Assembly (NCBI GenBank): GCA_013265495.1
Contig: MU058718.1
Location: 992,001-1,056,000, forward strand
Origin: Vicugna vicugna
Taxonomy: Eukaryota
DNA length: 64,000 bases
Reading direction: 5' to 3'
Of the stretch, positions 13,133 to 25,344 are shown one piece after another. Made by a program: the position numbers and the translations under genes. The notes under the pieces were generated by a model. It saw only the letters and a program-made list of their open reading frames with translations, was not told the DNA's origin and did not search any database. Numbering within the stretch: position 1 is the stretch's first letter; every line of letters starts with the position of its first letter.

Positions 13133-13265
13133 AACAATCCTTTGTGTTTCTGCAAGGTTTTTTTTTAAGGCATTATCAGTTATAGATTCAGAATTCTCAC
13201 AACAATTCTTTGTATTTTTGTGAAGTTTTGTAGGGCATTATCAGTTACGAGTTTGAGATCCTCAC
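13133..13265 (+). repeat. Diverged two-copy tandem duplication, ~67-bp unit
   Basis: aacaatcctttgtgtttctg...ggcattatcagttat...ctcac (13133-13200) vs aacaattctttgtatttttg...ggcattatcagttac...ctcac (13201-13265). Confidence 0.85.
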
Positions 13266-13431
13266 AAACTCTAGGAAAAAATAAAAACAAAAATGAGAGA
13301 GTTCATTTCTGAAAATGGGATTTAGTTCTACTCTACAGCATGAAAGCTTGAATGTTAAGAATGTGATAGAAATAGGGAAATGGTTAAATAAATTATAGTG
13401 CATCTGTGTTACAAAATCAAATGCAGCCTTT

Positions 13432-13599
13432 CATTTTTGTTTTTGATTTTTTAGAATTCAAGTATAGTTGGTGCACAAAATTACATAAGTTATAAGTGTA
13501 CGACATAGAGATTCACAATTTTTAAAGGTTATATTCTACTTACAGTTACTATGAAACACTGGCTATATTCCTTGTGTTGTACAATACACCCTTATATAT
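13432..13599 (-). mobile_element. 5'-truncated L1 3' end with perfect 12-bp TSD
   Basis: T-rich tail then aagtatagttg...; aatgcagccttt at 13420-13431 and 13600-13611. Confidence 0.85.
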
Positions 13600-13638
13600 A
13601 ATGCAGCCTTTTACAATAACAATGTAGATATATTTAAA

Positions 13639-13882
13639 CAGGGGTAGCAAACTTCAAGTTTTAAAGGGCCAGCCTGGACATAGGGCTGGGGCTTGCGGGA
13701 GCTTGTGGGTCCCATTGGAGGGGCTCCTGTTTCTGATTGATTCCTGGTGAAAACTGGGCACAATGTTGCTGAATCTTTTCATTAAAAAAAAAAAAAGGAA
13801 AATCTGAACTTCTTATGTTGAAACAAATTAAAAATTTTTTTTAAAGATTTGTGAACCATGGGCTTCTAGTTTGCAACTTTTA
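13639..13882. mobile_element. hAT-Charlie element (MER102/MER58-like)
   Basis: Termini caggggtagcaaac and gtttgcaacttt are imperfect TIRs. Confidence 0.55.
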
Positions 13883-15580
13883 GTCTATATATAATGATCT
13901 GGAATGATGTCTGAAACAAACTACTAAAGGCAGACAACCCACAGAACAATACATATAGTCTAATCTCACTTATTTAAAAAACATCCTCCTCCATTAGACA
14001 TGTGTGTATGTACATATATATTTGTAGATGCATAGAAGAAACTCTGCAAAATACGTTTCAGATTGCTAACTGCTGCTACCAGTGAGAAGGGAGGTGTGAT
14101 GTGTATTTTCAGGAAGGGGGCTGGAGTGTTTGAGGGAGGCGTTTGTTTTCATACTATAGACTTTTTGTATTTGTTGGCATTTTAAAAATATTTAAAATGT
14201 TTTTATGTATTGCTTTTGTAATTAAAAATTGTTTAAAACTGGGTCTTCATGTTCAGTTACCAAAGTTTTCCACTTTTCATGTAATGTCCTTTTTAGAATA
14301 AAGATGAAAAAACAGGGAGAAAATAAAAATATGTTGCAAGATACTTCTCTCATGTGGACACAGCATAGTCTCATTCATACTAAGAGCACATTGAAAGTCA
14401 TTTCTGAAATAGAAGCAATTTCATGTCTGCTGTAACAGACTTAGTTTTACGATTCTTAAAAAAAAAATCAAAGCCATTTTTATTATAAATATAGATTGGT
14501 TTTATCTTTTCACTGATAAATTGATAGCCCCCAGGTCATTAAGTGTGTGCTTGGCTACCTCAAATGGTGACGTAATGCCACAATCTTTATTCTTGCTATT
14601 CTTTTAATGGTTAGACACCTCCATAAACTGCAACTGTCCTTGGGAATGTGTTTTACTGACCAAGTATTAGATGAATAAACCATTGTCAGTCCATCACTGG
14701 CTACTGGAATGACAACACAAAGTAAATAAGCTGCTAGTTGTTGATCACTCATATGTGTACAAATAATACAAAGGTCTGCACATTAAAAAATTATTTGGCT
14801 GAATAAGCTAATAACTATTTACTTGAAATTGCTAAAGAAGGAAAAGAAAAGAGAAAAATAAAACGAAAGAGCCCTTATCATTTAAATGAAAAATAGTTGG
14901 GAGAGCAAAACCATTTATTTCCAATATGAGGTGTATAAAATGGAAATACCAAATGTGTTTTCTTACCTCTGCATTTTGCAATTGTCCATATGCTGCAGAG
15001 CTTAAAACTGAATGATTCATAGACAACATGGTGAAATGCTATGTAAGTTCATGCTGTATGTGAACTCTTGTAAATTGCAGTGCTGACATGAACTCAAAAC
15101 CTTCACCATTCCAATTCATAGTTTGAAAACACATGTTTCAGTACCAGAGTGGCAAAAGCTCCCCAGACAAGAGTTGCTACTCTGAATCCACACTACTACT
15201 GGTGATTTTAAAAAATCTTCTAACAATTAAATACTTCAATAACGTTACAGTCACTCCTCCTGTTTCTTATATCAAATCGTACTGTGGAATTCCATTTAGA
15301 TCTTTCCTCAGTGAGGAGGAAAGAAAGCGAATGAAAAGTATACCATTCACAATATTAAAAATGATCTGGGAGAGAGATGGAAGGTTGTTTCATTACCTAG
15401 GGTTACTGAAGAAGGGAGAATAAAAGAATGTTGTTGCAGCATTGTATTATCCACTCTCCAGCCTAATGCAGTTGTGGGACTCTTGGTGAAACTGCCCCTT
15501 TATCTTAAATGAACTGCAGTATGTTGCAGTACTGAAGTGTTTCGGAAGAACAGTCACTCCATTATTTTTGCAGAGATTAC

Positions 15581-15731
15581 CTGCTTCAAGTGAAACCTAT
15601 ACGGAATCCTTTCTGACCTGTTTGGTATTGTGATATTGATAACCAGCCACACTTTCCAGCCCCTTATCTTGCCTTCTACGGGATAATCTTTTCTTCTGGA
15701 TCTTAATTCTGCTAATAGCACCCTTGACTGG
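15581..15731 (-). CDS. Putative coding exon 2 of the hypothetical 195-aa spliced ORF
   Basis: Acceptor tttttcacctgcctgtgtttgttgtctggcag|, donor CAG|GTAATC. 151 nt, enters in phase 2 and exits in phase 0 in the only fully open frame (QSRVLLAELRSRRKDYPVEGKIRGWKVWLVINITIPNRSERIPYRFHLKQ). Confidence 0.4.
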
Positions 15732-15984
15732 CTGCCAGACAACAAACACAGGCAGGTGAAAAATGAATGGCTCCAGCCTGACCGCTGATAACTTCCAAAG
15801 GCTTTTTATTTTCAGAATTCCCTCCAAAAAATACAAGATGACAGGATGCCTGTCAATCGCATTCCTCTTACTCTGTTCTGCAGGCCCCTACCCTCCCCGG
15901 CCAGCCACCTCCCTTCTTATGATTTATTCTTATAAGGGAATGGCTAATTGATTTCTGTTCTATTTGCTTTTTTCTTCAATGCAT

Positions 15985-16500
15985 TTTTTTTTTTTACTTT
16001 AGAAAAGTAAGAAAACCTCGAAAACCCACACGAGTTTATAAAATGTTCTCCCCCTTCCTTATTCCTAACAGTTAATCACTGAAAACAGTTTGATATAAAT
16101 TCTTCCAGACCTCTTCTATAAACATATCAGCATATATGTTTCTTTATCTTTTTAATGACAACAAAAAAAAATGATACCAACCTGTTCATGTGGTGTTGCT
16201 TTGAATATATCATGAAGATCCTTTCTTGGTGTAGATACATATTCTTTATCCTTATTTACTGGCTGTAAGATCTTCCATATTATGCATGTAACATAATTCA
16301 TTAATCAATTCCCTCTTTATAGGCATTTTAATACATTTCTAATTTCTTTTTCTACTGTAATGAACACCCTTGTATTTTCACAGTTATCAAGAATTACTTC
16401 TACTGAGCTTTGTAACCCCTATAATTTTTGTGTGTTTTGGTCTCTGTGTTTAAAAAAAAAAAACAACCAGAAACACATGATATTACCAAATTAAAGATGG
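15985..16500 (-). mobile_element. Degraded L1ME-like fragment
   Basis: T-tail, aatcactgaaaacagtttgatataaattcttccagac, ttccatattatgcatgtaacataattcattaatcaattccct, attaccaaattaaag. Confidence 0.55.
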
Positions 16501-18214
16501 GGGTTGGAGAAAGTAATTTCCCATGTAACTGGTTAATGCATAGACTTACCTTCTGTGATTCTGAGCCTTGATGTAGTTTAAAATGAAGAAAACGAATGTG
16601 CACCACAGGTATGCAAAACAGTTTTAGAGAAAATACTTTCCTGATTTATTATCTGTGGAAATAAGTTATACAATTTTGAAGAAAAAAAAAACCCCAACAA
16701 CCCAGAAGTTTTTATTCTGTGAAATCAATATACTGCATCATATAGGACTTGAACTCTGAAAAGTGCTGAAAACAGCTTACGGGGTTCCCTTTGCAAGGGG
16801 CTCTGGAAAGCCCATAGTAGAGCCTGGGGTGGGGAGTTGTGGGGGGAGGAACAATGGCTCCTTTGCTCCAGAGTAAAATTTTGCACATCTAAAGGATTCT
16901 TGATCATTTTGTGACTCTCAGACCTGGGCACTGTATTTAACAATGTAGTGAAATCAATCTCAGAATAAGACTCATTTGGTACCAAAGCAGTGATTTAGGT
17001 GGAACATTTGAACATATGATTATAAGGTAAGTCCTACTAAGGGGGCCTGGCATGATTAGCTTTGCTGGAATATATAAAAGTATCAACTGTTCCTTCAGGG
17101 AAATCATTTTAATAGATAACAGCATGTTGTACAATGTTTCATCAGTGATATTTAGATCTAAATTAAGAGCAGTTGTGAGATGGGTTGCCGATTTTTCTTG
17201 TGATAAAAGGGAAATAGTTCAAGAAATATAGACCAGATGTTATCTTAATCCAGACCTCATGTAAAAAAGCACACTATGGGACAGTAATAATAGTTCATTC
17301 TACCTGTTTTTAATTTTCCTACTCTCAGATACCCCCTGTGAAAAATAGATTAAACCAACACATCATTTATGCATCAGCACTGGACTGGGGTTTACTTGGT
17401 ATGGAATGTACAGATAGAAGTTTGCAGCCATTGGTTTCTGATAAATGTTTTAAAACGCTTGTTTGACAGTAGCATTTAAGAGGGAAAAAACCCTTAGACA
17501 GGCAATGGCTTAGGAGGAAAGTTCACAGTTTGGGGATAATCCAGACTTCAATAAAGATTCTTAAATTCATTGCTCCTTGACTCTGAGCTACAAAATCTGT
17601 GATATATATAAAGTCAGTATCAGAAGAATGAGTAAAAGGGAAACGTCTCCTGCTCCTGAGAAGTGCCTCTAGTTCTTTAGTAAGCATCTGCCTGTGGCCA
17701 TGTTGCAACTGTGAACTAAGAAGCATGACTCAGTAGGTCTCAGGGGTGTGACATCCACTGTCCTCTCTGGGTAGGGAGGTGAGGAGGGTGTCAAGGGTTC
17801 ATTTTGCATGAAGGGGGCTTCTCAGTCACCTGTCTCTCATGGATGCCAGCACATGCCTCCCGCCTCACCTCGTCTGCGCCTGGGAGAGACTATGTTAATT
17901 GTGGTGTTACAGGTTAGAATCCCATTCTAGGCAAGTCTTGGAAAGTGGAATGTACACATGAGAGGTATCCACAGAGCCCCTTCAAACAGAAGGCTGCAGG
18001 GGCCTGGCAGGGAGCTTCCCGGGGTGACGTCGGCTGGGCAGAAGACTAGAGGGAGGAGAGAGGGCTGTGGAAACCTGAGGCGTTCATTTAAGGGAGCAAG
18101 GGCTACTCAGTTATGATCTCAGGTATTATTCAGGCATGCTGGCTAATGCTACTAGTTTCTTTGTTTCTGGATAAATCGGTAATGTCTATTTTAATGTAAA
18201 AATAAATCTCTTGA

Positions 18215-18680
18215 TTTTTATCATGGCAAAATGTACGTAACAAAATTTGATTATTTTACCCATTGTGAAGCATACAATTCAGTGGTGTGAGACACATTCA
18301 CGGTGTTGTGACCCATCTGCAGCACTTCTTTCATCTTCCACACCCAAAACTCTGTACCCGTTAAACAACAACTCCCAATGCACCCTCCCCCTAGTCCTCG
18401 GCAACCTCCATTCGACTTGCTGTCTTTATGATTTTGACCACTCAAGGTACTCCATGTGAGTGGAATCATACAGTGTTTGTCCGTCTGTGACTGGCTTATT
18501 TCACTTAACCTAATGTCTTCAGGGATCGTCCGTGTTGTAGCCTGTGTCAGAATTTCCTTCCCTTTTAAGGCTGAACAGTATCCATTGTGTGTATACAGCG
18601 TACTTTGTTTATCCTTTCATCTGTCTGTGGACACTTGGGTTGCTTTTAACTTGGGGCTGTTGTGACTAAAGCTGCTATGG
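18215..18680 (-). mobile_element. L1MB-like 3' end
   Basis: tacaattcagtggt...aaaactctgtacccgttaaacaacaactccc...gtggaatcatacag...tgactggcttatttcactt. Imperfect TSD atctcttgattttta (18206) / atctcctggttttta (18681). Confidence 0.85.
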
Positions 18681-20779
18681 ATCTCCTGGTTTTTAGAACA
18701 ATGTGCTGGCCAAGTGAGCGTGTCTTCAGGCTGGGTTGAGGCTTGGATGGCCAGTTTGTGCCCTCTGCCTAAGAGTAAATGTGTGGCAGCCAAATCCTGC
18801 TTTTTCTCCAATGAAAAGTAGCCCTGTATGGAAAGAATATGAAAGCAATAATTTCAGAGGCCCCAAAGCGCTGGAATTCTCTTCCTGGGCACACTTGCAC
18901 AGACAGCGCTCAGTTCCCTGTGATTACTATTGCCTCCCAGCTCTGCCTTCTTTCTCTTGTCTGCTGCCAACCGCAGTTATTGTGCTAGACAGAACGATCA
19001 AGACAACCTCCTTGAAAGCAGTGTGTACTCTGTGGAAGACCCCTTCAACGGCTGACAAACCCTTCATTATTTTTTCTGAGAGAATCCCTGCTCTTTTCAA
19101 AATGTGATAATTCCATTTTTATTTCGTGACAGAGAGGCAAGACTGTGTAATAAGAAAAATGAGCCTTGAGGGGCCGCCCACACAGCTCGACCTCTGCAGG
19201 GGGGGTTGTTCCAAACAGCTTCAATAAGGATTACAACTCAGGATTTACATTTTTAAATAATTAACCTCCTGATCACCGGTGACAGTCTGAGGGCATTTTA
19301 ATGACCATTGTTTGAATTGGCGTGACAGCAAAAGCTTTAGGAAAAATATTTTTTCTTATCAGAGTTTAGGCAAAAATATGTTTTTATGTTTTTGTTTTGT
19401 TTTGTTTTGTTTTTGGTCATTCTGAAGAAATTACTTCAAGTTGGAAAAGTTAGAACTAATTCTAAGTTACCCACATAGATATATCTGGCTCAGTATTGTA
19501 TCTCCAGTGCTGAGCACAAAGCCAGGCACATTGTGGGAGCTTAACAAATATTTGTAAATACTGAACTTTTTGACAACTGTATGCAATTAGTACAGGAAGC
19601 TATCAGAAGGGTTTCAAGAATGATGAAACTGTAAAATATGGGATGAAAAGTACATCTTAATTTATGTGTTTTGAATATTCTTTCTGAAATCTATATTTAC
19701 TTTTAAAACAAAGACTTACAAAAATGAGCTCTTAATGTGAAAAAGACCCTGTCAGTAGTTGCAGCAGGACATACAGGTTAATACTGAAAGCGTGTTATTA
19801 GTAATGACCAAAGACCTTTAGCCTCCTGTCCAAAATTCTGTTTTACTGTATAGAATGAGAATGTAAACTCTATCATGTTGGGCTATTTAGTAACTTATTA
19901 GTGCATTCATCTTTTCATCATTTGACAGGTGGAAGTAGTAGTTCAGTTTTTAGTTTTAATTATAAGGGATTCCAGATGTAGAATGCTACACAAATTAAAA
20001 CCAGAGCTGCTCATATGTCTTTTCAAAGCAGGCTGACTTCAAGGTATCTGCTTTTCATTTCAAAATGTTATTAAAGCTATTACTAAGAAATTCATAGTCC
20101 TAGCCTGTTCCAATAATTGACACCTTTAAAGTGACTAAACAGATTTAGAGTGTGCAGAAAAGTAAATTTGTCTTAGAGAATGACCCTAATCATCTATTTC
20201 CATATAATGGACAAATCAGTGCCCTTGGTATTAGCCTGGGAGTTGATGAATTAAGCCAAAGGGGTCCCCTCTTCCCTGCCTCTTTCTCAGTTTTCCTTTT
20301 GTCTTCCTAATTAAACTTTACTTACAGAAATTTGCAGTTTAAAAGTGATGATTTAATCATCTGTGCTCACCTGAACTTGCCTTCCCTCAATTTTACTTTT
20401 GCCCGTTGGAACGAGCAAAACCATATTCATGGAAGCAAAATAACAGAAACCAAAAACTTTTTGGTTTTTAGTTAGTTTGATAAGCAGTCTTGGGGAAGTT
20501 CTGTCCAGAAAGAACTTTCCAAAACCCATTCCCTAGCTGACTGTTCGTTGTGCACCTACAAAAGTGGCTTCATGAACAGCGGAGATTTTCAGTAATTAGA
20601 AGGATAGCTGGCCGGGCTGATAAATTAGAGAAATAACTTGTTTGGTGTAAACCGAGCCTGTTTCTGAGGTAGAAACGTTAGGCTTTTATCCTCTGGAGTG
20701 TGATTGAAAGGGTGAGAAGTTAATTTGGCAGCCTCGCTTCTATGGTTTCATAATGTTTCTCCCCACCCCCTCTCTCCAG

Positions 20780-22130
20780 CCCCGGCAAAGCCCGGGGATT
20801 GCAGCGCTTTGCGCCTGCCCTCATACAAGGCAGGACCGTGACCCGAAACGGAACCCCTCTCCCCAGGGCACTTTCTGAGCAGCAACAGCTTGGCTCAAGT
20901 GTTTCTTATGAACAGCCGTCTCGAGCACTTGATCTAAATCATGCCATTTCCTTCACAGCATGGCACAGTTAACAAGTCAGTGCACCAACACAATCTACAG
21001 ATGGCAGTTCAAAAGGTGCGGGTCCCCCCAGCAAGATAAAGGGCAGGCGATTCCAGGGGGATGCTCATTACCGGGATGCAGCCGGGGGCTAGGGAGGGGT
21101 GTGAGCGCAGCACCGGGCTGCGGGTGGGGGCAGGGCTCGGGGAGGGGGCGCGTCAGCCCAACTCCGAAAATGCACGCGTGTCTTCGCAAATCAAGCCGGT
21201 ATTCCGAGAGATATGTGATTGAAGTGAAGTGCAAACAGCTTGCAGAGAAAGGCTGCATTCAGCCCGGGCTGCCTCCTTCCAGAGCCCGGAGAGGAGAGAG
21301 GGTGGTGACAGGGTACAGCACTTACCTTGCTCCATTTATCTGCAAACCCTGGCAAGTATAAGGCAATTTCCTGAGCAAAGCCCCCAACATCAAAAGCGGT
21401 GGGCGAGCGCTCGGGTCTCCCTGGCACTGGGAAAGCGCCCTGATCCTCGGAGGCCGGGCCGCCTTCTCCATCGCGGCCTGCGCTCCTCCGCAAATTACAT
21501 TAGCGCTAATGTCCAGCGAAGAATCTATGAGACATATTGGGCCTTTAGACTTCAAAACAGGCCTAAATTGGAACCATATTGCGGGAATACTTCTTAGCTA
21601 ACATTTATATTACTTCAGTTACCAAATCCAGACTAAGTCCCCGGACTCGGCAGGGGAGGACATAATATATTAGGAAGTAAGAGGAGGGTGTTCTCTTCGG
21701 GCCTCCTTTTACAAAAATGTACAAAAACTTTCCTCGCACTAGCAAGGAAATGACTACAAGGCCTTAAAATGTGGATTTCCAGAGGCAGATGGGGGGCCGC
21801 TCCCCGCCCAGGCCGGCCCCCTAGCTGTGTGTCTGCAGCTCCTCGGGGCGAGTTTGCGCACTGAGCTCGGGCGAAGGGAGCAAGGCTCAGGTATCAGGCA
21901 GGTAATTAGACGCTAGAGAGAGGTTCGGCGGGGTCTCAGTGAGTTGTTAGAGGATGAGATCTATCTCAGGAGACCCAATCAGCCTCCCCTATACTGATCT
22001 TGGTAAGCGAATCTCTTTGGGAACGTGCAAGCGGGTGCTTTACCACGCATTTCAGCGCTCCAGAGAAAGGAACGCTGCAGTGCAGTTGATTCCAGAGTTC
22101 CGTTAAAGCAGCCGGCGAAGATTTTTCCTT
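20780..22130. promoter_or_regulatory. CpG-rich island / candidate promoter
   Basis: Marked local CpG enrichment (e.g. 21100-21190, 21400-21520, 21790-21930) in an otherwise CpG-depleted window, with no recognisable repeats. Confidence 0.7.
21326..21471 (-). CDS. Putative first coding exon of the hypothetical 195-aa spliced ORF
   Basis: gccgcgATGG strong Kozak at 21471, 48 open codons + AG, then consensus donor AAG|GTAAGT. Lies in the CpG island. Confidence 0.45.
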
Positions 22131-23299
22131 TCTGCACTTATTTTAATGTGAACGTACTGAAATGGATGACATTCCTACAGCTCATAAATTTCACCAGCAG
22201 AGCTGCCTAAGAGGGGCTAGATGGTGCGAGAGATACTACTTTTAAAGACTGCAGGGGAAGAAGAATGCAAATTTACAGAGTGACTTTGAGGTAATGCTGT
22301 TACCCAGATTGGCCTGAAGCTTACACTGCTAATGATCTTTCCTCACCGTGAGCTCCCCGGTTCTCCCATTTTTATCACCTCGCCCCCCTACTCCCACCAT
22401 AAGGGTAAGGGGTAGAGAAGAAGGGGAGGGAAATAAAGCTGCAGAGCGATAAGCTGGCAGATGCGAAGTTCAGGCTGAGCAGAGGGGGTTTTAGTTCCAG
22501 CTGCGCCCCAGTAGGAGGAAGATCTTACAATGGTCTATCCTATTAAGAGCTCCCAGCACCATAACCCGGAGGCTGCCTCCAATGTCCTTATCAGGTGCCT
22601 GAATATCCTTTCACACGGTAAGAGTTTGAAAATCTCTCACTGAGTTTTAGAAGGGAAGTCAATTTGCAGAATGATTTTCAGAATGGAATTGGATAGGTTA
22701 AAATGCACTGCTATGTGCTTTAGATATTCTTTCTCTGAAGTTCATTTCTATGTGACAAATCCAAGACTTGAGTGTAACTTTGGAGAGAAAGAAGTAGTCA
22801 TGTATCCCTGTAGTTAAACAGTGTTTGTTTTGTCAGAGGCCCGCATTGCATCATGTACCTTAGATCTGTTACCATTTGGGAAGGTTTCATTTACCATCTC
22901 CTATCTTAATTTTATTTGGAATTTCCATTGGGACATACATGGGAATGATCAGTTTCTTTTGGCTTAGTGTTAAAGAGGGTATCAGCTTAAAGTACCTGTG
23001 TGGACTCAGTAGAAGATAGCTAACATGCAAGTTTATGAAAATTGGCCAAGGACCAGAATTGACTTTGTAGCCCCATAGAAATGAGCGTAATGCAGTGGTC
23101 ATCTCAGGCTTTCAGAATCCTGTTGGAAGTTTGAATAGCACACATTGGCTTGTGATGGAAGACAGAAACAAATACTAAATATATTTACTACAAATCATCA
23201 CTACAAAATACATGTGGGGAACACTAGAAAATGAGCATTTAAAAGACAAAACAAGATACCAACAAAAACCAGGTTTCTAATCATCAAACGAGTTTTACT

Positions 23300-23700
23300 G
23301 TTTAAAGTATAACCTTAGGAGATCATGCATTTATACTAACAATGCTACTACCTACCATTGCTGAAAACGTTCTTGAAAATCCTCATTTGAAATTACCTTC
23401 AAAACCAGTATGCAAGCTACTCAAGAAATCTGCTAATTGCTTTATGCTGGCATTTTGCTTCTGTTCACCCCCAAATCTGTTACTCACCTTGACCATTCAA
23501 TTATCTGATTCATAAAACTTGATACCAGATAAAATCTTCAAATACCCAAATCCTGCCTCTAGGAATTAACTTCCTTTTTCTGTGAGGCTGCTCGTGAGAA
23601 AGAGGCTGTACCTTTGAAGGCAAGTACAGAGAAAAACATGGGGAACTGTTTTGAGCAAGGGAAGTGCCATATACTTGATGTGATTAAAGAGCAAGTTCTT
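23300..23700. mobile_element. MARNA-like mariner-derived relic
   Basis: Imperfect inverted arms ttgctgaaaac...ccttcaaa (~23358-23403) and tttgaaggc...gttttgagcaa (~23612-23657). Confidence 0.6.
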
Positions 23701-23934
23701 TATTTGTTGATCACACTTTTTGGTTAATGGACAAGTAAATAGTGAATCAAATGGGAGAATTGGAATAAAAACTTTCAGTAACCCCTGACTTCTTTCTTTT
23801 AGGACCTTGTAGTATTTACTACACTGAATATGTCAGATTTGATGTGACTTCAAAGTACAATTTTTTGTTAATGAGCATCAATTTACTTCTTTTTGGGGTT
23901 CCTTTTCTATCATTGGGCAAAGGAACTTTGAGAA

Positions 23935-24238
23935 ACTTTGTGGGATGTTGGATTATTGTTTCCCATACTTCACTCCTTCCCTGTAATCGGATTCTACATT
24001 CCTCTTCCTGTGGTGTGTGATTTGCCCCCTCCTGCAGGATACCTGCCTGATTCTTGACTTTGAACTTGATCAGGTGACATGCTTTGGCCAATGTAGAGGA
24101 GTAGATGTGGAGCTGAGTAGAGTCCGGAAGAACTGCAGGCAATACATAGCCCTTATGAAACATGAGCAAGATAGATATGTTCATTATAAGCCATTGATGT
24201 GTTGAAGTTGTTTGTTACTGTAGCAAAATATGGATACT
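23935..24238 (+). mobile_element. MLT1 LTR fragment
   Basis: gtgacatgctttggccaatg...taagccattgatgtgttgaagttgtttgttactgtagcaaaa. Confidence 0.65.
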
Positions 24239-25344
24239 TTATCTATACCAGGTAGATAAAACTTAAGTTAGTGAGATCATAAAGAAAATTCCCAAATTTC
24301 AGTCATCTAGAAAAAGAAATATCTCAGGAATTACATCCAGGACTCTGGAACCAAGTAAAATGTTTAAAGAACTCCACAAGGATCCAAGTTTGTGCTTTGT
24401 GTTTACTGGGGCAGTATTTGTTGGCGGAGGATGGACACGGCATTTCCAACCATTAAAAATGAACTTTAAGCATCCAGATATCATATGTGATAACTAGGTG
24501 TTGGCATTTTAATGATACAGTAAGCTGCAAGTACTGTCAATAGTGTTTACAAGGCAGGTGATATGTATTTATTATGGGAGTACAAGTTACATGGTAATTT
24601 CTAGCTCAGCCCTCCAGAGTATAATTACCAAGTCAGCTATAGGAATAACGTATACACTTGAGAAAGCAATGTCAGCTCATCTTATCTTGTGTTTAGACAC
24701 AAACTTTTATTCCTTGGGTTCAGAAATTGAACTGACACAAAAATCTACACATTCCTTTGCCTCTCTCCCACCCCTGCCTTTCTTTTCTGGTTCTAGTTAT
24801 GAAAAGAGGGCCACAAGTAAAGCTATTGCTATTTTAACTGTGAATAATTTGTGGTTTCGAATATCCCTTTGGGCTGCTTCTTAAAGACAAGCACAGACTT
24901 CATTGAGATCTCCTGGAATAGTGTACCAAGTTTTTTTTTCAGTCATCCATGATGTCTTAGTCTTGGGGAATAGTTAACATTGGGGGTTTGAAATGAAGCA
25001 AAGCATCACCTCCAAGGTTTGGTAGATGATGTAGCTGCATAGAAACTTCCAGGTTCTTCCTCTTTGTTCAGCCCTTCACTCTCATGGGTGGAAGACCTGT
25101 TTTCTCTATGGAATAAACTCTATGACATGAGTATTCAAGACATGGATATTGGTTACAAGAGGATTTTAGAAAACCGTCTCTCAAAATTTGGCTATAGCTG
25201 ATTGAGTAGAACATGTTTATGTCCTATCAACTGGCACTTTAATTTCTAGGTATATAAAAAGGTGAGCCATCTGAATGTGTCATTTTGTAGGCCAAAATGG
25301 TTGAATAGTGATAGTTTCATATGATTCAATCTAAACATTGAAGG

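Larger units (their letters stand above)
13365..14230 (+). mobile_element. Degraded L1ME-like 3' region hosting two nested insertions
   Basis: aatagggaaatggttaaataaattatag...atgcagcc, resuming ~13885, ending tgtattgcttttgtaattaaaaa. Confidence 0.55.

Noticed and set aside
14961..16566. Extra minus-strand donors (exon ends 14967 and 16550) as micro-exons of the candidate gene
   Set aside because: The nearest acceptors give 26- and 17-nt exons that break the frame; likely cryptic sites.
20960..21597. Plus-strand 133- and 122-aa ORFs in the CpG island
   Set aside because: Expected in GC-rich sequence, with no supporting splice chain or homology.
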